Shown: positions 8,251 through 16,558 of the stretch, in pieces
Numbering within the stretch: the first letter of the stretch is position 1
Layout: every line of letters starts with the position of its first letter
Assembly: GCA_052390515.1 (NCBI GenBank)
Contig: JBQTGV010000189.1
Location: 1-22,271 of the forward strand
Source: Candidatus Eiseniibacteriota bacterium
Lineage (GTDB): Bacteria; ARS69
DNA: 22,271 nucleotides
Direction: 5' to 3'
Notes under the pieces: model-generated
What the model was told of the DNA's origin: nothing
The model's database searches: none
What the model saw: only the letters and a program-made list of their open reading frames with translations
Made by a program: the position numbers and the translations under genes

Positions 8251-8835
8251 TCAGCCGCGTCGGAGCCCTGCTCTCGCGCCGCGCCTCCCGGGAGGCGGAG
8301 CCATCGCCACGTAGGTCACCTCGAAGGTCCCCGCCGCCAAAGAGGCGAAACGCGCGACGTCCGCCGCGGCGATCCCCGCTCCCTCTCCCGGATCCACCGT
8401 CAGCATGAACCCGTCCGTCACCATCCCCTCCTCCACCATCTCCTTGAACACCGTCGTCAGATCGAAGCGCAGCTCCACCGACGGGCTCCTCAGGTCCACC
8501 TCCCGAAGCGCAAAAAGCTCCGAGTCGTAGTCGCTGCCAGGCCGCGACCACCCCGCATCCCAGGTCACCGCTCCCGCCACCCACGGCGTCGTCACCGGAT
8601 GAACGCGCAGCGTCAGCACCCGGTCCACGACCATCCCGGTGGCGTCGAAACGAAGAACCGCGCGGCGAATGGCGATGTTCTCGAGCTCCACCGGGGAGTC
8701 CATCTTGAACAGCACGCGGCTGTCACCGCTCACATCGGCGATGGCCGTGAGGCCCGCCACCCTACGGGTGAGCTGCTCCGCGGAGGTCGCCGTAGCCAGG
8801 AGGCACGCCAGCGCCGTGATCAGCAGTTTCGTCAT
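8251..8835 (-). CDS. Secreted hypothetical protein, DNRLRE-like domain
   Basis: AGGAGGA RBS; signal peptide MTKLLITALACLLATATSA; segment LRVHPVTTPW...VTWDAGWSRPGSDY...FDLT resembles DNRLRE/disaggregatase-related domains. Confidence 0.7.
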   Translation of the reverse strand: MTKLLITALACLLATATSAEQLTRRVAGLTAIADVSGDSRVLFKMDSPVELENIAIRRAVLRFDATGMVVDRVLTLRVHPVTTPWVAGAVTWDAGWSRPGSDYDSELFALREVDLRSPSVELRFDLTTVFKEMVEEGMVTDGFMLTVDPGEGAGIAAADVARFASLAAGTFEVTYVAMAPPPGRRGARAGLRRG

Positions 8836-8847
8836 GGCCCTCCTCCT

Positions 8848-10158
8848 CTACCGATACCGCGACTTCGTCTTTCCCCAGGACTCCACGTTCACCGACACCG
8901 CGCCGCAGCCCACACCCAACGCTCCGATCTGGCCGCAGGATCCCGAATTGGCCGGCAGCGCCGGCGAGCTTTGCGAAACCGTGAAGTCTTTCTGGGAGGG
9001 ATCGCAGAGCAAAGGATCCACCTCCATGTCGGTGGAGCCGGGCGCGTAGTTCGCTCCGATGCCCTGAGCGTTCTGCCAGAAGAGATTACAACCGCTGGAA
9101 ATAGTGAAACCTGAAAGCACCCGCACGGCCGCAGCACCGGTGGAGCTAGCGATGATGTTGTTGAGGAGCTGACCGCCGCCTGCCGTGAAGACGACCGCAG
9201 CGCCGCCTGTGGAGGCAATCTGTGAGTTTCCGTAGAACGTGTTCCGCTGGACTACTCCCTTGTCGATGAACAGACCACCGCCATTCCCATTCGAGCCCGT
9301 GACGCTGTTGCCCACAAAGACGCAGTCCTCCACCACCGTCGGACCGTTCACCGCGATGGCCACCGCACCCCCTCCCGTGCTTCCGTTGATGTTGCCCTCG
9401 AAGTAGCAGCCGCGGATCGTTACGCCGCCGCTGTAGCCACCTCCACCGATCGCTCCACCCCCGTTCGCCGGAGACGAGTTCCCGATAAACTCGCAGTCCG
9501 TGATGATGGCTTGCGCGGGCAGGCCCACGCCGATCAGGGCTATCGCCTGGTCGGAGCACCCCGAAAACGTGCAGCCGGTGACGGTCAGAAGCGCACTGGA
9601 CTGCCGGATTCCTCCCCCAGCAGACGATGTGCAGTCGACGAACTCGCTGCTCACCACTTCGATGCTGGTGCTCCCCGAGGAGTGAATGCCTCCGCCTGCG
9701 CCGGTCTGGATCAAGCCAAGCAGTACGCAGTTCTTGACTGTGACTTTCAACGAAGACACCGCGTTGACTCCGCTTGCGCCCACCGGCCCACCGGTGATCG
9801 TGAAGCCGTCGATGATCGTCTGGTCCGTCACTAGACTGCGCGCGACCACAACCTCCGGCTGGAAGCCGGTCTGACCCATCATGTCCAGACTGGTCATCGC
9901 CGCACCCGCCTCCGACCGCAGCACCACCCCGTCTGTCAGGAAGGCCACCGCCGTCCGCGTCGATCCGGCGATCGTTCTCGTCTGGATGTCCGAGTACACT
10001 CCCGGAGCTACCAGCACTGTGTCCCCGGCCGTCGCGGCATCCAGCCCATCCTGGACTCTCGGGTATTCGCTGGGCACACGTATTACTGCAGCGCATGCTC
10101 GGAGCGGAACCCCTCCGAGCACCACGGCCGCAAGAAGTTGCAAGACCCTGCTGGTCAT
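8848..10158 (-). CDS. Secreted right-handed parallel beta-helix repeat protein with C-terminal SWGxxKxxY motif
   Basis: Signal peptide; IRVPSEYPRVQDGLDAATAGDTVLVAPGVY; repeated FxGN..GGGA/GGGI units; ends VESWGKTKSRYR. Confidence 0.88.
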   Translation of the reverse strand: MTSRVLQLLAAVVLGGVPLRACAAVIRVPSEYPRVQDGLDAATAGDTVLVAPGVYSDIQTRTIAGSTRTAVAFLTDGVVLRSEAGAAMTSLDMMGQTGFQPEVVVARSLVTDQTIIDGFTITGGPVGASGVNAVSSLKVTVKNCVLLGLIQTGAGGGIHSSGSTSIEVVSSEFVDCTSSAGGGIRQSSALLTVTGCTFSGCSDQAIALIGVGLPAQAIITDCEFIGNSSPANGGGAIGGGGYSGGVTIRGCYFEGNINGSTGGGAVAIAVNGPTVVEDCVFVGNSVTGSNGNGGGLFIDKGVVQRNTFYGNSQIASTGGAAVVFTAGGGQLLNNIIASSTGAAAVRVLSGFTISSGCNLFWQNAQGIGANYAPGSTDMEVDPLLCDPSQKDFTVSQSSPALPANSGSCGQIGALGVGCGAVSVNVESWGKTKSRYR

Positions 10159-10168
10159 CTTCGGTTGC

Positions 10169-11806
10169 TCACCTCACGATGGTAACCTTGCGGACCTCCC
10201 GGATTCCAGGCGCGGTGAGGCGCAGGAAGTAGATCCCTGGCCCGACCGGCCGGCCCTGGCCGTCGTGACCCGCCCAGCCAACGGTCAAGGCACCCGGGCT
10301 CAACTGCCTCACGGACTCGAGAACTCGTCGTCCCCGCACGTCGAAGACCTCCATTCGGCACTCGCCGACCACCTCCTGGCGAACGACCAACCCCAGCTCG
10401 ATGGTGCCGCGGGAGGGGTTGGGGTAGGGCCATCCCAGGGCCACGGCGGATCCCACCCCCGCACTGCGCACGGGCTCCTCCTCCTCCTCGGGGAGCACCG
10501 CCACGCCTGGTGGCGCCCACGTCGCTAGTTGCGGCGCGCCGGACGGCCTCACCGGGAAGCAGCTCGGCAGCGCGCCGGCGTCCTGGTCCCAGTTGGCGAA
10601 ATCTACCGACGCCGAGCCAGTCAGCCTGCTGGAGATCGCGGAACCGTCGCTGGGGAACGACGGTGTGCGGATCTGGACTGTGTCTTGTGGCACCTGGCTC
10701 GAACGCTCCAGGAACCAGTAGTTGTCCTTCGCTGGTAAGCTGCCGGTGCTGGTATTGGTGTCCACCAAGCGCGTATCGGTGTCGTCCACCATGAGCCGGT
10801 TCTTCCCCTTCTGACCTGCGGTATACGGACCCATCGAGAGACCCGCGACGTCATTAGCTCCCACCGAGTGAAAGGCTTCATCATCCTGAAGCGCCTCCAG
10901 TTTGTTGTCCGTGAAGCGGACCGCCGGTCCCGTGATCTGCAAGTCCCGGTACACCTCCACCGCCGCATCCCGCATCTCCCGGCAGTAGTTGCAGCTCACC
11001 TGGATGTCCTGGGTCTGCAGAACATCCAGCCCCGCAGTTTGCCACTCCTCGATGTAGTTCTGGGAAACCGTCACCGCTCGATTCGTTGAACCGCAGAGCC
11101 AGTTCAGCCACACCCCTCGATAGTCGGCCGGCGTCTGGATCGCATTCCCCGGCCCTCGAACGTAGTTCTTGGTGATGAGAACCGAGCGCGGACTCGGGGC
11201 AGGAGCGAGGCAAAACGTCTTGCCCCAGTGGAAGTGGATACCCTCGGCTCCAGCGGCGTTGTTGAAGCCGTCCATGCGAATGTCGTTTCCCCTCAGGTCC
11301 AGCTCATCGGCCCCGTCGGCGAAGATCCCGGTGGATCCCTTCGGGAAGTCCAGCTTGCTGCCCCGCTCCACCCGCACGCTCTCCACCACGGCACCCTGCC
11401 CCAGCGACCCCTTGACCCAGATCCCGGTGTCCTCGAAGTGATGGATCCGGGAGTTCCGGATCGTGGTCAGCGAATCCACGTAGTAGACAGTCAGCGGGAA
11501 CTTCGCGAAGCCGATGTCCACCGAGCTGATCACGCTGCCCGACCCCTCGTGGTCCACCGTCACCCCGTGCCAGTCGTCCCCGTTCACCGAGTCCATGGCC
11601 ACCGAGCGGAACACCGCCATGCTGTCGCTGCCCTGACCCTTGAACGTGTTCAGCTTGCCGTAGACCATCAGGTCCACCTTGCCGGTCTCCCCGAAAGGCA
11701 GATTGTTGGTCTCGGAGTTGGACGTCACCACCTGCGTGCCGCCCACCAGATTCCAGTAGTCCTCCGACCCGCTCGCCACCCCGTGGGCGTCCCGGCTGAT
11801 GGCCAC
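10169..11806 (-). CDS. Beta-helix-like extracellular protein with C-terminal FlgD-Ig/T9SS-type domain; 5'-truncated (frame open to 11878)
   Basis: C-terminal YPNPSRG...VFDVRGRRV...WAGHDGQGRPVGPGIYFLRL. No signal peptide or clear RBS at 11806, and coding-like codons continue upstream to the junction at ~11870. Confidence 0.75.
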   Translation of the reverse strand: MAISRDAHGVASGSEDYWNLVGGTQVVTSNSETNNLPFGETGKVDLMVYGKLNTFKGQGSDSMAVFRSVAMDSVNGDDWHGVTVDHEGSGSVISSVDIGFAKFPLTVYYVDSLTTIRNSRIHHFEDTGIWVKGSLGQGAVVESVRVERGSKLDFPKGSTGIFADGADELDLRGNDIRMDGFNNAAGAEGIHFHWGKTFCLAPAPSPRSVLITKNYVRGPGNAIQTPADYRGVWLNWLCGSTNRAVTVSQNYIEEWQTAGLDVLQTQDIQVSCNYCREMRDAAVEVYRDLQITGPAVRFTDNKLEALQDDEAFHSVGANDVAGLSMGPYTAGQKGKNRLMVDDTDTRLVDTNTSTGSLPAKDNYWFLERSSQVPQDTVQIRTPSFPSDGSAISSRLTGSASVDFANWDQDAGALPSCFPVRPSGAPQLATWAPPGVAVLPEEEEEPVRSAGVGSAVALGWPYPNPSRGTIELGLVVRQEVVGECRMEVFDVRGRRVLESVRQLSPGALTVGWAGHDGQGRPVGPGIYFLRLTAPGIREVRKVTIVR

Positions 11807-12698
11807 GTCCGTGTTGTTCAGGTAGATGTGCCGATTGCTCTCGATGTTCGAAAAGCTCAGGCTGTCCAGCTGACCAGATCACCTTGCCGAAGTCCGCATC
11901 GAAGATCGCCACCCGATCTTGATTTCGGAACGTGATCACCACGTGCTGAGGTCGGTACAGCAGATGCGTGCCGAAGAGATGGCCCTCCCGCATCCACTCC
12001 AATGCGTTCGCATGGAAGAGATCGACCCAGTGCCCTCCAGCTTGATCCCCCACGCCCACGAGCTGCGGAGGAAACACGTCCTCTCTGCCGGCCAGCGCGT
12101 CCAGAAACCCGAAGGAGCCGACCTCCGCACCGGTGTCAGCGTCGAGGATCGTCACCCGGTCGTCCCGTGTCTCGACGCTCGGGTGGATGCCCGCGACGAT
12201 CCGGCGCCGGAACGTAAGAAGCGCGATCCTGCCGTCAGGCCGAATCTCCGCGTCGTGGTGAGCGGTCATCGTTCGCTTCCAGAGAACACGACTCTCCGAG
12301 TCCAGTCGAGCGACGTAGCGGCAGCTGTCCGGAATGTGGTGGGTAAACACGGAGTCGCCACTCACGGGGTCTGCGCCGATGACAAGGAGACCCCCACCCT
12401 CGACCAGCTCGGCGTGCTCCCACAGCGCGCTCGGCTCGTGACTCCACGAGTGGATGGCGACCCCGAAAAGATCGATGAGATCCGCCCGACTCAGAGCTTG
12501 AACGACGTAGAACCGGTAACCTGGGCACGCTCGGGATTCGTCGAAGACGGTTGTGCCGGCGCGCGGATCTTCTACTACCGAGCCCGAAGCGTAAGGAAGC
12601 GATCGAACTGCTTCGAGCTCCTGGCCGACCTCTCGACCCGTGCCTTCACATCCCGCAAGGACTGCAGCCGCCAGCAAAGCCACACGTCTCGGGTTCAA
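11304..12698 (-). pseudogene. Arylsulfotransferase (ASST)-like beta-propeller lipoprotein, truncated; recognisable similarity only 12698 to ~11870
   Basis: TTG at 12698 overlaps the upstream TGA; lipobox VLAG-C; motifs SLPYA, AHHDA, DLFHANALEW, ITFRNQDRVAIFD...KVIW. The remainder is out-of-frame read-through over the next gene. Confidence 0.7.
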
Positions 12699-13030
12699 GG
12701 ACACTCGCGGGAGACGTCCTCCACGACCGCCCAGTATTGCCCGCCGGACTCCCGCACGCGGGACCGCCAGGTCACCTCTCGGTACTCGCCTTCCACACAC
12801 CGCCATACCGCGGTCATCAACAAGTCCTTCTTCTCCTCGCGGTTCTTCCACTCGTCCGGCTCGCCCAGTCGCTCGACGAATGCATCGGGCCCGCTGGCCA
12901 AGTAGTCTTCCTCCTCACGGTCCGTATTCGACAGATCCGCCGTCACCGCGCTGATTCCGCCGCATCCGGACGTGGCCAGCGCTCCGAGGGCGGCAACTGC
13001 TGCCGCGAAGGCGACGAGACTTCGCTTCAT
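12695..13030 (-). CDS. Small hypothetical lipoprotein (111 aa)
   Basis: MKRSLVAFAAAVAALGALATSG-C lipobox; GGAGG RBS; ATGA overlap with the methyltransferase stop. Confidence 0.8.
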   Translation of the reverse strand: MKRSLVAFAAAVAALGALATSGCGGISAVTADLSNTDREEEDYLASGPDAFVERLGEPDEWKNREEKKDLLMTAVWRCVEGEYREVTWRSRVRESGGQYWAVVEDVSRECP

Positions 13031-14301
13031 GACGTTCCTCCTTCCCGGACGAGCAGCGCCACGCTCTCGACGTGCGCGGTGACCGGGAACATGTCCACGG
13101 CCGCGAGGCTCTCGAGCTTCCACCCCGCGGCCGACAGTGCGCCCGCGTCCCGCGCTCCGGTCGCCGGATCGCATGAGACCGAGACGATGCGTCGCGGTGC
13201 GCGCTCGATCAGCGCGGCCCGTGCCTCGGGCGAAAGGCCGGCGCGCGGTGGGTCGAGGATCACGGTCTCCACCTCATCCCGTGGCACGGCACGCAACGTG
13301 ACCTCCGCCGGTTCCGCGCGCGCCTCACCCCGCACCGAGTTCCGCCGCAGGTTGCGCTTGAGGTAGCGCGCCGCGCGAGCGTCGGCCTCGCCGGCCACGA
13401 CCCTGGCGAATCCTGCTCCGAGACACACGGCGAACAGACCGACGCCGGAGTAGAGATCGAGCAACGTGCCGCGCTCTTCGCCGAGGCGCTCCTCGACCAG
13501 GCTCACCAGATGCTCGGTCACTGCGGCATTGACCTGGAAGAAGCTGGTCGCGTCGGCGCGAAGCTCCCGGCCGCGCACGCGGAAGCGCAGCTCCCGCTTG
13601 CCGGCGATCGGCACGCGGTCGGCCAGTAATCCGAGGATGGCCGGCGGCCGCTCCATCGACTGGCTCAGCGCGCCGAAGCGGCGGCGGTCCCGCTCGATCG
13701 GCGGATCACCCGTCTCCAGGAGCAGCACGGAGTTCCCGTCCGAGTCGATGCGCACCGCTGCCTTCTTCCACGGCGGCAGGAAGCGCATCCACGGCAGCAC
13801 CGTCTCGCGGAAGGGCGCCTCCATCAGCAGACAGTCGTCGATCGGCACGACGTCGTGGGAGCCGCGGCGCAGAAGGCCGGGCCGCCCCGCCGGATCGAAC
13901 GACATGCGCAGGCGGCCGCGCCAGCCGAACTCCGGGCCGATCGCCTCCGGTCCCTCGATCATCGGCTCGACGTCGAGCCGGCCGATCCGGCGGAACGCAT
14001 CGACGACGATCTGCCGCTTCATCGCGAGCTGCGCGCCGCGGTCGGCGTGCTGGTAGTCGCAGCCGCCGCAATCCGCGGCGTGGGGGCATGGCGCCGTTCG
14101 TCGTCCGGACGCCGCCGCCAGGACTTCGACCACTTCGGCCTCGGCGAAGCGCTTCTCCTCGCGCGTGAGCCGCACGCGGACCCGCTCGCCGGGCAGGGCA
14201 CCGGCGACGAGCACGACCTTGCCCTCGTGCCGCGCGAGGCACCGCCCGCGGGCCACGGCGCCTCCGACCTCGAGCTCCAGCAGTCCGGTGGCAGTCTCCA
14301 T
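13027..14301 (-). CDS. rlmD: TRAM-domain 23S rRNA (uracil-C5)-methyltransferase, RlmD/TrmA family
   Basis: TRAM domain (ALPGERV); CPHAADCGGC Fe-S motif; SFFQVN, DLYSGVG, LDPPRAG, VSCDP, DMFPVTAHVE. Alternative start at 14313. Confidence 0.9.
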   Translation of the reverse strand: METATGLLELEVGGAVARGRCLARHEGKVVLVAGALPGERVRVRLTREEKRFAEAEVVEVLAAASGRRTAPCPHAADCGGCDYQHADRGAQLAMKRQIVVDAFRRIGRLDVEPMIEGPEAIGPEFGWRGRLRMSFDPAGRPGLLRRGSHDVVPIDDCLLMEAPFRETVLPWMRFLPPWKKAAVRIDSDGNSVLLLETGDPPIERDRRRFGALSQSMERPPAILGLLADRVPIAGKRELRFRVRGRELRADATSFFQVNAAVTEHLVSLVEERLGEERGTLLDLYSGVGLFAVCLGAGFARVVAGEADARAARYLKRNLRRNSVRGEARAEPAEVTLRAVPRDEVETVILDPPRAGLSPEARAALIERAPRRIVSVSCDPATGARDAGALSAAGWKLESLAAVDMFPVTAHVESVALLVREGGTS

Positions 14302-14351
14302 GCCTCGCAGCATCGCACGAAACCGATTACCCTGTCCCGAGGAGGGCGAGG

Positions 14352-15299
14352 ATGAATGTTCGGCGGGTCGGATCCTCCGGGCTGCGCGTCAGCGAGGTGG
14401 CCCTCGGCAGCTGGCTGACCTACGGCGCGGCCGTCGACGAGCGGCGGTCCAAGGAGTGCGTTCGCGCGGCGCTGGACGAGGGGATCTTCTTCTTCGACAC
14501 CGCCGACGTGTACAACCGGGGCGAAGCGGAGCGCGTTCTCGGACGGGCGCTCGCCGGAGTGCGGCGTGCCGACCTCGTCATCGCCACGAAGGCGTACTTC
14601 CCGATGTCGGAGGGCCCCAACGACCGCGGGCTCTCGCGCAAGCATCTCTTCGAATCGATCCAGGCGAGCCTCGAACGCCTTCGCACCGACTACGTCGACC
14701 TGTACCAGTGCCATCGGTTCGACGGCAACGTGCCGGTCGCGGAGACCGTCCGCGCGATGGACGACCTCGTTCGCCAGGGGAAGACCCTGTACTGGGGAGT
14801 GTCCTGCTGGAACGAGACGCAGATCGCCGACGCGCTCTCGATCTGCGACCGCACCGGTGCCGTTCGCCCCGTCTCCAATCAGCCGCCGTACAACCTGATC
14901 GAGCGCGGCATCGAGGAGCGCGTGCTGCCGCTCTGCAAGAAGGAGGGGCTGGGGCAGCTCGTGTTCAGCCCGCTCGCCGAAGGGCTGCTCACCGGCAAGT
15001 ACCGGCAGGGGCAGCTCCCCGAAGGTTCGCGCGCGGCGAACGAGCGCACGTCGCAGTTCCTTCGCCCGCGCCTCACCGAGAGGAACCTCCGAGTCGTGGA
15101 CCGCCTGGCGAAGATCGCCGAGGGCGCCGGCCTCACGCTGCCGCGGCTCGCGCTGGCCTGGGCGCTGCGGGACGCGGGCGTCGCCAGCGTCATCATGGGC
15201 GCGACGCGCCCCGAGCAGGTCCGCGAGAACGCCGCCGCGTCCGGCGTGAAGCTCGGCGACGACGTGCTCCGGGAGATCGAGACCGCGCTGGCTGGTTGA
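14352..15299 (+). CDS. Aldo/keto reductase (Kv-beta-like subfamily)
   Basis: GLRVSEVALGSWLT, FDTADVY, IATK, GLSRKH, DYVDLYQCHRFD, NQPPYN, SPLAEGLLTGKY. Confidence 0.95.
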   Translation: MNVRRVGSSGLRVSEVALGSWLTYGAAVDERRSKECVRAALDEGIFFFDTADVYNRGEAERVLGRALAGVRRADLVIATKAYFPMSEGPNDRGLSRKHLFESIQASLERLRTDYVDLYQCHRFDGNVPVAETVRAMDDLVRQGKTLYWGVSCWNETQIADALSICDRTGAVRPVSNQPPYNLIERGIEERVLPLCKKEGLGQLVFSPLAEGLLTGKYRQGQLPEGSRAANERTSQFLRPRLTERNLRVVDRLAKIAEGAGLTLPRLALAWALRDAGVASVIMGATRPEQVRENAAASGVKLGDDVLREIETALAG

Positions 15300-15504
15300 C
15301 GCCGACGCGGGAGGCCTTCGCCCCACGTAGCCGGTCACGCGCTCCGGCACGAGTCGTGCAGCCGTTGCGGCCTCGGTGTCTCGCTTCGCCGCAGCGGCCC
15401 CACTGCCCGCCGCTTCCCGCGGGTGCGTTCGCCGGAAGACACCATCGACAACCCGGGACGCCGCGCGGCGATCGCAACCGAACCGCTCCCCCGGAGAACC
15501 GCCC

Positions 15505-15771
15505 ATGGGAAGACGTTTCGCTCCGAGGACTTCGACCCTGAGACGCATCCTCCTGCATCGGACGCGGGCTGCGCGGGACCTCGGCCTGTCCGTGCCGCGG
15601 CGGCTGGCCGGGGGTCCCACACAGACGCTGCCGCAGCGGATCGCGGTGCTGGACCGTTGGATCGCGGCCGATCTCGAGCTGGCCGGCGGGAAGCGCTTGC
15701 CGCCGTGGGAGCCCGAGGACGACGACGAGCTGGACGACGACGAGCCGACCCTCCCCTGCCGATTCTCGTGA
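15505..15771 (+). CDS. Small hypothetical protein (88 aa), Arg-rich N-terminus and acidic C-terminus
   Basis: GGAG RBS before ATG 15505; stop overlaps the next GTG (GTGA at 15768-15771). Confidence 0.55.
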   Translation: MGRRFAPRTSTLRRILLHRTRAARDLGLSVPRRLAGGPTQTLPQRIAVLDRWIAADLELAGGKRLPPWEPEDDDELDDDEPTLPCRFS

Positions 15772-16397
15772 GGCAGGAAGTCGCGCGGGTCGAGGCGGAG
15801 ATCGCGCTGTGCGTGCGCTGCTACGGAGCCGAGCCGCGCTGGCCGGTTCGCCTCGAGCGTCCGGAGGGACGTGGACGGGTGCTGCTGCTCGGGGAGCGGC
15901 CGCCGCGGGATGTGCTCGCCGCCGAGGAGCGGCTCGGGCTCGAAGGCCGGGACGCGACCACACGCTATCTCCGCGGACTGCTGCGCGAGTCCGGCATCCC
16001 CGAAGGCGAAGTGTTCGTCGCGGCGGCGCTGCTCTGCCGCCCGCGGTCGCTCGCGCTGGAAGCGGCCGTGCCTCGCCGCGTGTGTCTGTTCGAGTGCTCT
16101 GCGCACGTCCGTGAGTTGGTTCGCGCGGTGCAGCCGCGGCTCATCGTTCCGTTGGGCGCGGCGGCGTTGCACTCGGTGGCGCTCGCGTTTCCCGAGGAGC
16201 GGGCGCTCGCCGGCCTGCGCTTCCCGGACTCGGTGGGACGGACGGTCGCGGCCGGAGGCGCCTGGTTCCATCCGCTCTACCACGTCTCCGCGCGCGCGCG
16301 GGTCACGAGACCGGAGGCCGAGCAGACCGCGGACTGGCGCGCGCTCGGTCGTCTCTGGAGCTGGATCACCGCGGGGGAGGATGGAGCGCCGCCGTAG
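15768..16397 (+). CDS. Uracil-DNA glycosylase superfamily protein (Fe-S type, divergent), paralog 1
   Basis: CVRC...VLLLGERP...LLCRP...EC...QPRLIVPLG...PLYHVS. Confidence 0.8.
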   Translation: MRQEVARVEAEIALCVRCYGAEPRWPVRLERPEGRGRVLLLGERPPRDVLAAEERLGLEGRDATTRYLRGLLRESGIPEGEVFVAAALLCRPRSLALEAAVPRRVCLFECSAHVRELVRAVQPRLIVPLGAAALHSVALAFPEERALAGLRFPDSVGRTVAAGGAWFHPLYHVSARARVTRPEAEQTADWRALGRLWSWITAGEDGAPP

Positions 16398-16465
16398 GCC
16401 CTGCACGCCGCCGTTGTCGGGAGCTGGGGACTCTGCGCCGTTCCGTGGCTGATCGGCGGCAGGTT

Positions 16466-16543
16466 CCGCTCCGTTCGCACGAGCGTCGTCGCGGCGTCCG
16501 CGGAGCCATGGACGGCGAAGCGGCGCCGCCACGAAGCGAGCGG
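16466..16543. repeat. REP-like palindromic repeat copy 2 between convergent genes
   Basis: Nested inverted arms ccgctccgttcg/cgaagcgagcgg and gcggcgtccgc/gcggcgccgc around gccatggacggc; matches 1-51. Confidence 0.6.
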
Positions 16544-16558
16544 AGCCAGCTGGGGACG

